Shown here piece after piece: positions 49,591 through 59,618 of a DNA stretch of 64,000 bases; position 1 is the first letter of the stretch; each line of letters opens with the position of its first letter. The stretch spans positions 1 to 64,000 of the forward strand of contig MCFE01000373.1 of the NCBI GenBank assembly GCA_002104905.1, read 5' to 3'. The notes beneath the pieces were generated by a model. It saw only the letters and a program-made list of their open reading frames with translations. It was not told the DNA's origin and searched no databases. Source of the DNA: Basidiobolus meristosporus CBS 931.73. Lineage: Eukaryota > Fungi > Basidiobolomycota. Position numbers and translations under genes: made by a program.

Positions 49591-50322
49591 GTCTGTGTTG
49601 TACCTATGAAAAATAAGTATGAAGATCCTATCAAAAGACTATCTGTGGTAATGGAAAGTATTCCATTACTACAATATCTCTAAACCAATATTGCACTCAT
49701 TTCTTTATTTTGCTTTTTTGCTATTGTAACACACAAGTGAAAGATCAAGAATTTCCAACTTTGATGAACAAATGCTCCAGACCCTGACAAGCAATCCACC
49801 CAAGAATTTTATGTCATACAAAACACGTAGTAGCCAACACATGTTTCAAATTACAGCTCATTTAAAGCAGTACTTAAGGAGTTATGACCAAAAGAGTCCA
49901 ATTATTATATATATTATGCCTTATTGCTAGGATTACTAGGGTGACTTTGATTGCATGTAACTTTCAAACCAGCCAATCAAATCACGTGAGATTTTCACAG
50001 GTGCTGCGCCTATGTCCGATCTGCGCCACTGCAAAATTTTAGCTTTGTATAACGTGTATTGCTTGCGCAATTGCCCAAAAACTTTGATCCTTCAAAATTT
50101 TCATATATATGACTTCCCCAGCTGAAAAATAAAGGGAGAGCCTCTCTTTCCAGAATCTCCACACTACAATTACAAGTTTAAAGGTTATAAGACTTCCCTT
50201 GCATCACTTGCACTGTTGAGTATTCTGACTTTGATTGGTACTACATCAGTAAAGAGACTGCAAAGCTCACAAGAATCCAATCTAAGTTCTACAAGAAACT
50301 ACCACTTTTCTGTCGGAAAAGT

Positions 50323-50585
50323 CCCCTCTAAGAAACTCCTTTACTCTAAAGACACCCCTTTAGGCACCCCTTTATTCTAAAGACCCCTTTAAGAAACCCC
50401 TTTACTCTAAAGAAGCCCCTTTAGGCACCCCTTTAGTGTAAAGTCCACTTTAGAGACCACTACAAGAAGCCCCTTTACTCTAAAGACACCCCTTTAGACA
50501 CCCCTTTAGACACCCCTTTAGACACCCCTTTAGGTCTAAAGACCCTTTAGAGACTTCTACAACACACCCCTTTAGGTTAAAGGGG
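50323..50585 (+). repeat. Array of CCCCTTTA-core short repeats in the host Ty3 5' LTR (second copy 53227-53459)
   Basis: 13 CCCCT plus 1 AGGGG in about 265 bp, including (GACACCCCTTTA)x4. The 3' LTR copy has 12 plus 1, with only x2 of that unit. Confidence 0.9.
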
Positions 50586-53500
50586 AGTTCAGAATTTCCA
50601 TATTAGGCAATATTTTCTCAGAAAGTAAAGTGACTTCCAAATAAGGAAAATACTATAAAAGTAAATAAGCCCATTAGTCAACAGAAGGTCAGAACACTGC
50701 TGTAGAAGTGATAAACACTGCCTACAGTATATTTTGAGCCCAAGATTGAGGAAATTAGTGAAAGTTATATCTTCTATTGGTATATCAAACTCCCAATAAA
50801 CTATTTCAGTATTAGCATACTGGAAGTTGTTGTATGTTGTTGATTAGCCTCTACATTGTAGAACAAGCCCCAAACTAATCATAATACAACACAACAACAA
50901 TTTGGTGGAGGACCTGGGTAGTTTGAACCTTTCACTATACAAGCATCAAGAAACGTTACAAGAATGACCAATACACCACTCCCAGAGTTAATAGCCACTT
51001 TTAAAGGTGCCATCCAGTAAAATTCTCAGGAGAGAATGTTACTGAGTTTCTAGAAGAGTTTAACAATATAGCTGCAGCATTTGAGCTATCAAACAAGAAC
51101 AAAATCCACTCTTTCCACTGAGGAGAGAAGTCTCTTTTTGACTATGCTACAATGCTATGACAATGTCTTTGCATTTAATGATGCACAAAGAGGATGTTTA
51201 TCCACAGAGCTATTTCCACTGGTTAAGATCCATACCGTTGAACATACACCATAGGCACTGAGATCATATCCTATTCCCTCAAGATTACTGAACAAAGTAA
51301 TTGAAATGCCACAATCAAGATTTCAAAGTGGAGTCATTGAATATAGCTATGGACCTTATCGCAATCCCTGGTTTACACCGTTGATGAAAAATGAAAGTCT
51401 ACGGTTTATTCAAGACGTACAGCATTTGAATAAGGTCACCATCAAAGATGCTATGCAACCACCCATACAACATGAGTATATTGAGTCATTTACTGGATAT
51501 CCTCTGATTACAACATTGGATCTCTATTCAGGATATGACCAAATACTTCTGGATCCTACCTCAAGAGATTTCACCGCTATGGATACACCAATAGGACTCA
51601 TAAGGATGACAAGAATTCCTCAAGGATGGACAAACTCTGTCCAAAATTATCAACGTGCAATGATTTGAGTTTTGGATGACTGTTTCCCTGAGATATGCTG
51701 ACCATTTCTTGATGACATTGCAGTTAAGAATAAGTCAAGAGAAAAAGATACATCGCATGTCTTACCTCAAGTAAGAAGATATGTTTATGATCACATAAGC
51801 ACAGTTGAGAGGGTCATGAAGAAACTTCAAGCTTCTGGTCTGACTGTATCAGGAGCCAAATGCAAGTTTGGCTACAACAAAGCAATCATTCTAGGTGAAC
51901 TTGTTACTGAAAAAGGGAGATTGCCTGATCCTGCAAAACTTTCATCGGCACTAAATTGGAAGCCACCAAGGAATATTCATCAAGTCAGACAGTTATTAGG
52001 ACTTACTGGTCTATTCAGAATCTGGATCAACAACTATGCTCAAATTGCTAAGCCACTGACTCAGTTATTACAGAAAAACCAGAAATTTGAATGGCATGAA
52101 GAACAGGCAAATGCTATGTCAACATTGCTTGAGTCATTATCAAAGCCACCTGTCTTAGCAGCTATAGACTACAGTGTTATTGATTCACAACCAATCATTG
52201 TATCAGTTGATAGCTCTGGAACTGGGGTTGGTGGAATCATGATTCAAGTTTCAAAAGTTCATCATTGACAACCTTGCAAATATCTCAGTAGACTTTTCAA
52301 AGGGAATGAGCTTAACTATCCATCTATCAAGAAAGAAGCACTGGGAGTACTCTATGTACTCAAAAAGCTAAAGCCATACTTATTAGGAGTACACTTCACA
52401 CTGGAGGTTGATGCCAAGCCATTATTAGGAATGTTGAATAAGTTAGAGCTTTTGCCTGATCCTATTATAGCACGGTGGATATCATACATCCAGATCTTTG
52501 ACTTTACGCTGCAACACATACCAGGAGTCAATCACAAAGGACCTGATGCCTTATCTAGAAAGCAACCAAATTCACCGTACTCAACTGATGATGATGAGAT
52601 TGATGAGTTTCTTGAAAACACTAGTCTTGGATTCTCATTCAGACATATGATACAAAGCAATTATCAACAAATCAAGGAATTTCTTACATCACTCAAAGTT
52701 CCTGCTGATATTCCCACAAATCAATGCAAAAATTTTAAAAAGAAGGCTCTGAAGTTTATACTGCATGATGGCACACTTTTCAGAAAAAGCAAACATGGAG
52801 TTCCTTGACGGTATATACATAACAAGCATGATCAAGAGAAGATCATTCAAGAATTGCATGAATCTGAATCAGGAGGTCATAAGGGAATTACATCAACATA
52901 TGCAAAAATCTCTTTACGGTATTTTTGGCCAACGCTGTACACCAACACAAAAGAATATGTGAAATCATGTATTCCATGTCAAAGAAGAGACAACCAAAAG
53001 ATGCATGAACCACTTCACAGTATATACACATCTTATGCTTGGCAAATTGCACATGTAGATATTATACATTTACCAAGGGCAACAGCTGGGTATAAGTATG
53101 TGGTGGACTGTTGTGATAACTTTACTGGTTGGATAGAGGCTAGAATGCTGAAACAAGCCAATGCCAATGCTCACAAGAATCCAATCTAAGTTCTACAAGA
53201 AACTACCACTTTTCTGTTGGAAAAGTCCCCTCTAAGAAACCCTTTTACTCTAAAGACACCCCTTTAGGCACCCCTTTAGTCCAAAGACCCCTTTAGAGAC
53301 CCCTTTGAGAAGCCCCTTTAGGCACCCCTTTAGTGTAAAGTCCACTTTAGAGACCACTACAAGAAGCCCCTTTACTCTAAAGACACCCCTTTAGACACCC
53401 CTTTAGGTCTAAGGACCCCTTTAGAGACTTCTACAACACACCCCTTTAGGTTAAAGGGGAGTTCAGAATTTCCATATTAGGAAATATTTTCTCAGAAAGT

Positions 53501-54462
53501 AAAGTGATTTCCAAATAAGGAAAATACTATAAAAGTAAATAAGCCCATTAGTTGACAGAAGGTCAGAACACTGCTGTAGAAGTGATAAACACTGCCTACA
53601 GTATATTTTGAGCCCAAGATTGAGGAAATTAGTGAAAGTTATATCTTCTATTGGTGTGGTAGGGTAATCATACCTCCCACAGACAGGTTTATTCATATAG
53701 TCATTATGATATACTTATCCATATTTTATCTTATCAGTATTATCCCATTCTTCTTTTGCCCATATTATCAGTATTATCCCCATATGATGTTTACCCTGAT
53801 TAGTTATTAGCATTAGTTATCCCAGATGTTATTCAGCTTTGTGATCAGTAGATGTATCTATATAAGGCAAGTACCCGCGTCAGTACCCGTGACACATGAC
53901 CTAGGTCTGTGTTACCATCTCTACCATTTCAATACCATATATGGTATTTCTATGTTGCACAGGTTTCAGACTACTGATTCCTGATTGGTTGAGAGTGCTG
54001 TGCCTTTTAGAACCTTCCAGGACATTCTTGGCATATTTTTAGCTCATAGTGATGTCATCAAGAATTCCACTGATACCTAGAATCTTCTAGAACCTTGTCA
54101 TTAGTAATCACTTGGCAATCAGGAAAAGTATTTAAGGGAAAGCAATCCCGCATCAATAAATCATCCCTTCTATCAGTAACACTTCTACCTTATTGATTAG
54201 CAGTTGATCACTGCACCTGCCTTCAACAGTACATCTAAGACCTGCCATCAAGGAGCTTTTCAGGGTAGTGCACAAGACACACAGAGGCCTTTGGAGACAC
54301 TTGGAGCACCTAGGAATCTAGAGAAGCAGGAGCTTTTACCATAGTGACATATTGACAAAGACACCAGCAGTTTAGACACAGAGGTTATTGCACCCATCAG
54401 ACACCTCACACACCTTGAGTTGTGTAGCTTCTCCCAGGAGTACCTCTACACCACCACATATT

Positions 54463-54480
54463 TGGCACCCAACGTGGGGG
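54463..54480 (+). promoter_or_regulatory. Primer-binding site, tRNA-Lys type
   Basis: TGGCACCCAACGTGGGGG matches the tRNA-Lys1,2 retroviral PBS TGGCGCCCAACGTGGGGC at 16/18 positions and starts 5 nt after the 5' LTR. Confidence 0.85.
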
Positions 54481-54532
54481 GTTTGACTGAACTGCCCCTA
54501 GAAGACTTAAGAAAGAACAAATTATCAAGACC

Positions 54533-56389
54533 ATGGATCTACCTTTACCAGGAATGCAAGGAACTCCTTTCTTTGATGGAACCAAAGTTAAAGCTTTCAT
54601 CAAGAGGTGGGAGCTTTTCTGCAGAGCCCACAAAATACCTGAGGCCATTATGGCTGAAGAGATGCCCCCCTACAGCACTGATGAGATCATGCTCTCATTA
54701 TATGAAAGAAATGATCTGCTGACAAATTGGACCCTCTTGAAGAGCTACTTGATTGATGAATATGGAGAGAGACAAGTTGACTACACACTTCAAGACTTGG
54801 AGAACTTTGCTTATAGCAAGTTTAAGCAGCTACCATTGAAAGAATACTTGAGTGGCCTTGAGCAAATTGGAGAGTCACTGAAAGCCCAAGGCATTATCAC
54901 TGATCTGACTTTATCTGCCTATCTGCTCAGAGCACTACCAGAAGGCCTGGTGAGAAGGATTGAAAACAATCCTACTGTGAAAGCTATGAGTTCACTGCCT
55001 GCATTTCAGTTAGCTAAGCAGATTCTACTTGCCCCTGAAGAAACCTCACCAATCAGAAAGCTTCTTTCAAGCCCAGAACAAAACCAAGATAGCCAAGACA
55101 TACTTAATCCCAGCAATCAAAGCACTCAAATTCAGGAGTTGACACAGCAACTAGAGAAACTCTCTTTGCTACTTACCAGCAAAGCATATGGTCAGAAGCC
55201 AGTAGAGAAAGAAGTCAAATATACATGCATGTGGTGTGACTCTGCCAACCACTCCAAGAGAAATTGCCAAGAGCTTCAGTCATTACTATCCACAGGTGAT
55301 GTCCTATATAGTCCTCAGGGATACATAGTCAGTAAGCATGGTGACAAATTATCCACAGCATTTGGACAAGGAGGAATGAGAGTTCACTACAAGCAAGTCA
55401 CCTCTCAAACAAGAAAGGTTCACCTCCATGAAGAAGAAGATCCTGACTACTTTGATCCAGCTGAAGTTCTGAACTTTGACTATGAAGACCCCAGAGAGGC
55501 CCAAGATCATATAGCTTCAATTTATGCTTCAAAGAGACACCATCCTGAAAAAATGGCTAATCTAGGCCCAGCAACAAAAGTACCAAGATGTGAGCCAGAA
55601 GTTGTGATTGAGAAGAAAGCATCACCCCCATTAATTTTACAAGAGTCTACCAAGGCCAACAACTACCACATGCAGCCTAGAGTAAAGCAAAATGGTACCC
55701 CAGAGGCTCTGACAAGTCATATACTAGGAAGCAACATATCAATCAAGGTTGGAGAGCTACTCAGTGTATCACCATCTGTAAGAAAGACTCTGGATGAGCA
55801 TATCAGAATAAGAAAGCATCCAATTGAATCAACTCAAGGCAACCAGGTCAGGACAGTTCAAGGAAGCCAAAATATCAGTAAGCTGCATCAAAGCCAGAAA
55901 CACTACTACTCAGTGGCAACTGCAACAACTACAGGAACTGTGCATAATCAAGAAATCCTATGTCATATAGACAGTGGATCTGAGATATGTGTGATGCCTT
56001 TGGAGGCTTGGAAACAACTACCATGCAAAGACTTATTGCCCATAGACACCAATATCAATTGGAGTATGAAGGATGCCAACTCAGGGCAATCAAAGCTTTT
56101 AGGAATTATTCACAGCTTCCCTCTCATCATTGAAGGAATACCCCATGAGATCCCAGTATTCATATGTGCAAAGGCTAACTTTGAATTACTTCTTGGAAGA
56201 CCATGGGAAGTAAAAGCAAGAGCAACTGCAGTGAACTACCCAGATGGTTCAGCATGGTATACTATATACTCAGAGAGCCCAGGACTAACAGCAACCTTCT
56301 GTGGTGTGGACTCAAACAATATCCGATCAATGACATCATGTAGATTTCTATCTCAAGAAAGGACAGGTGGCTTCATTGAGGAAGACTGA
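54533..56389 (+). CDS. Gag-aspartic protease polyprotein, 618 aa, intact
   Basis: Gag N-terminus (TPFFDGTKVKAFIKRWE); perfect CX2CX4HX4C knuckle CMWCDSANHSKRNC; protease HIDSGSEIC and LLLGRPW; stop 78 nt before the 3' LTR. Confidence 0.92.
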   Translation: MDLPLPGMQGTPFFDGTKVKAFIKRWELFCRAHKIPEAIMAEEMPPYSTDEIMLSLYERNDLLTNWTLLKSYLIDEYGERQVDYTLQDLENFAYSKFKQLPLKEYLSGLEQIGESLKAQGIITDLTLSAYLLRALPEGLVRRIENNPTVKAMSSLPAFQLAKQILLAPEETSPIRKLLSSPEQNQDSQDILNPSNQSTQIQELTQQLEKLSLLLTSKAYGQKPVEKEVKYTCMWCDSANHSKRNCQELQSLLSTGDVLYSPQGYIVSKHGDKLSTAFGQGGMRVHYKQVTSQTRKVHLHEEEDPDYFDPAEVLNFDYEDPREAQDHIASIYASKRHHPEKMANLGPATKVPRCEPEVVIEKKASPPLILQESTKANNYHMQPRVKQNGTPEALTSHILGSNISIKVGELLSVSPSVRKTLDEHIRIRKHPIESTQGNQVRTVQGSQNISKLHQSQKHYYSVATATTTGTVHNQEILCHIDSGSEICVMPLEAWKQLPCKDLLPIDTNINWSMKDANSGQSKLLGIIHSFPLIIEGIPHEIPVFICAKANFELLLGRPWEVKARATAVNYPDGSAWYTIYSESPGLTATFCGVDSNNIRSMTSCRFLSQERTGGFIEED

Positions 56390-57399
56390 GAGAGCACTTT
56401 GTTCCCCAAACTTACAGTGGTTAGCTAAAAAGTTCCCTGAAACTTTTTAGCTCAAGTGGGGGGTGGATGTGGTAGGGTAATCATACCTCCCACAGACAGG
56501 TTTATTCATATAGTCATTATGATATACTTATCCATATTTTATCTTATCAGTATTATCCCATTCTTCTTTTGCCCATATTATCAGTATTATCCCCATATGA
56601 TGTTTACCCTGATTAGTTATTAGCATTAGTTATCCCAGATGTTATTCAGCTTTGTGATCAGTAGATGTATCTATATAAGGCAAGTACCCGCGTCAGTACC
56701 CGTGACACATGACCTAGGTCTGTGTTACCATCTCTACCATTTCAATACCATATATGGTATTTCTATGTTGCACAGGTTTCAGACTACTGATTCCTGATTG
56801 GTTGAGAGTGCTGTGCCTTTTAGAACCTTCCAGGACATTCTTGGCATATTTTTAGCTCATAGTGATGTCATCAAGAATTCCACTGATACCTAGAATCTTC
56901 TAGAACCTTGTCATTAGTAATCACTTGGCAATCAGGAAAAGTATTTAAGGGAAAGCAATCCCGCATCAATAAATCATCCCTTCTATCAGTAACACTTCTA
57001 CCTTATTGATTAGCAGTTGATCACTGCACCTGCCTTCAACAGTACATCTAAGACCTGCCATCAAGGAGCTTTTCAGGGTAGTGCACAAGACACACAGAGG
57101 CCTTTGGAGACACTTGGAGCACCTAGGAATCTAGAGAAGCAGGAGCTTTTACCATAGTGACATATTGACAAAGACACCAGCAGTTTAGACACAGAGGTTA
57201 TTGCACCCATCAGACACCTCACACACCTTGAGTTGTGTAGCTTCTCCCAGGAGTACCTCTACACCACCACATCGGTATATCAAACTCCCAATAAACTATT
57301 TCAGTATTAGCATACTGGAAGTTGTTGTATATTGTTGATTAGCCTCTACATTGTAGAACAAGCCCCAAACTAAGCATAATACAACACAACATATCACAA

Positions 57400-58150
57400 A
57401 GTTAATTTTTCATGATTAAGTGGTGTTGATCCCACAGGACACCATGCAAAGACTAAAAGCAAAATTGCACTCCAGATTTCACAAAAATCTTATTCCATAT
57501 TTTGCATCAAAGCAGTACATAATGGGCTTTTAAGTGGTTTCAACTAATTCTCTCACTTTCTATTCCCAGATACTCATTCACCTCCTGTATTTGCATAAAT
57601 ATATTGCCTATTTCCCATTTGTTACACTGCTTACTTGCTGCCTTAGCCAATTCTCTCCCATCTCAAGCATCCATGTTGCTTTCTTACTATTGAGACTTCA
57701 GTGAGCACTCAATGGTCAATTGCATTGAGCTTTACATGTCTGTATACCCATCACTAATATTAAGCTCAACACCACACTTAACAAGTAGCTTCATTAAAAC
57801 CCATCATTTAATCAGTATTTCTGCTGTAACTCCCTATTTCCATGACTTTGCTGGGAATCCTACAGCATCATAGCATTGCTCATTCACTTGTTCCCCTATA
57901 TCCTGGTTGTTGGATTGCACTGCAAGATTGAGCACCTCATCTGTCAGTTTTTTCAATATATCCTTGCATTATTTAAGTGCATTTTGTTGAGCACTGCACT
58001 TGAAGAAGTGTTGCAACCTCTTGGTGCACCAATTAATGTTCCAAGATTCCACTGCAGGCATTGTACTAGCAATTTGAGTTCTTGAAATTATTGCTTTATC
58101 TTTCAGTGAGATCTCCACTCTTTCTGCCTAGGATGCACCTCCAACTTGTG
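57400..58150 (-). pseudogene. Decayed reading frame of unassigned family, possibly retroelement-derived
   Basis: Manual translation gives one frame of about 250 codons with scattered stops (..KDILKKLTDEVLNLAVQ..YDAVGFPAKSWK..). It lies near a same-strand LTR fragment. No diagnostic motif. Confidence 0.3.
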
Positions 58151-58984
58151 TAAAAACAGATGTTGTCCTGCAGGTAATTTCTCTTTGCTATTGTGGAATT
58201 CAACCTGTTGTGAACCAACAGCGTAAATTGGTGAGAGCTGCAGCTTCATTCCTATGCTTCCCTATCTCTGGCATGCTAATACTCTTTTCCTGTTACCTTT
58301 ACCATTATTGTTACCAGGTCTTTTACTCCTACTCAGACTGAGGCATCTGGTATTGCACTACAATTCTTCCTTGATAGGTGCTGCACTGCTATATTTGTTT
58401 TTTCCTGCCTTGCACTTGCCAGCACTCTCCAGGTAACCAGTTATTTTGCTACTGCATGTTTAGAGCTTTAAGCCCTGCTTGTGTAGGCTCCTGAGAATGC
58501 AACTGGTCTTATTACTACCAGATTCTTTACTGGTACTTTGACTGAATTTTTCTTCAATTGAGCTCTGTTCTTTTCTTAATAATCGCTGGACTTAAGGTAA
58601 AAATGCTGACTCCTCGTGTTGTTAGTGAAGTAAGCAGTTAGGAATCTTTGCAGAGCTGCAAGCTGATCATAATTTTCAGGCTGATGCAAATTTAGCCAAA
58701 GCAGTACCTCCTTTCAATTTTCAGTTGTAACTTAATTTCAATCTGTTATGACCTATACAAGTCCCTATACCAAACACTGACCTTAAACTCAGCCTCAAGC
58801 TCAAGAAGTCACTATATTGATATCCACCATTCAATAAGTATTTCAACCATAAATCATTTTTCCGTGCCTTTGGCATCCTAAAACTTTATGCCATTGTTCA
58901 TTCACTGATTTCCATGTATCCAGGTCTTCAGCCAGCACTGTAAATTCTAGCACCTCACTTGACAGTCTTTGCACATCCAACCAA

Positions 58985-59303
58985 TCATGGTTCAGTACAC
59001 TGAAGCCTGTGTAACATAGAGTTACCATATTAAGGATGAAAATGGTAGGAATCATGACACAGATTGATCCTGTGTCATAGATCCTAGTGTAGGTACTTGC
59101 CTTATATAGAAGCACTTAAATCTAGTATTTTTACACAAAGTGATGGATAAATTACAAAATAAATAAATAGGTATCATCATTCGGCAGCTTATGGGATGGT
59201 ACCAATCAGATTACACAAAGGGGATAGAACTAAAGCTAGGGTGGAGGTAAAGAATATGCAAATGGGCAAATCTGTCAGTAGGTGTCACTGCAGCCCCACT
59301 ACA
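58985..59303 (-). mobile_element. LTR fragment of the 43285-44355 / 53655 LTR family
   Basis: Colinear with 44030-44355 (GGTACTTGCCT.ATATAGAAGCACTTA; CAGCTTATGGGAT; end CCCCACTACA). Confidence 0.75.
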
Positions 59304-59618
59304 CTGGCACTCATCCAGCAAGCTGACATTTACTTACTGCTTGTTTTGTGCTTTCAGCCCTAACTGCAATAGGCTCCTGAAGAAGCAGCTGGTTTCTCCT
59401 GACAGGTCCATCACTGCTACTCTGACTGAGTGCTTCTTGAATGGAACTACACTTTTCTTGCGCAATGTTATGCCAGCTCATTGCTATATACCTACTTGTC
59501 CCAAGTTGGTGCTCTGTCAGCTGCTGGATGTTTCTTTGATACTTCCATAGAGCTTTTGGCCCTGCCTGTAATGAGCTCTTGAGGCAGCTGCTGGCTTTTA
59601 GCCACAGCTCCCTTGCAC

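Larger units (their letters stand above)
53655..57271 (+). mobile_element. Young non-autonomous Ty3-type LTR element encoding only Gag-protease (3617 bp)
   Basis: 804-bp LTRs 53655-54458 and 56468-57271 with no difference found by eye, termini TGTGGT..ACCACA; PBS 54463-54480; PPT GTGGGGGGTGGA abutting the 3' LTR; 4-bp TSD TTGG/TCGG. The uninterrupted target is visible in the host 5' LTR (CTTCTATTGGTATATC near 50771). Confidence 0.95.
49590..57391 (+). mobile_element. Ty3/gypsy retrotransposon (host), internally deleted, carrying a nested element in its 3' LTR
   Basis: 5' LTR about 49590-50896 (start approximate); tRNA-Ala-like PBS TGGTGGAGGACCTGGG at 50903-50918; gag stub (FSGENVTEFLEEF); deletion at about 51116; one pol frame 51121-53168 (RT GPYRNPWF, TLDLYSGY, PFLDD; RNase H VDSSGTGVGG; integrase HESESGGH..CIPCQ, HVD) with 5 in-frame stops; second deletion fusing integrase to the 3' LTR remnant 53169-53654 plus 57276-57391. 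Confidence 0.92.

Noticed and set aside
50323-50585. CCCCTTTA array as a CRISPR array or telomeric repeat
   Set aside because: No constant repeat with unique spacers and no cas genes in a eukaryotic context. The unit is irregular and is present in both LTR copies, so it is LTR-internal.
49585-57396. TSD for the host Ty3 element
   Set aside because: Candidate flanks (CATTA/TATCA or ATGTC/ATATC) depend on an uncertain LTR start and are mismatched, so no TSD is claimed.
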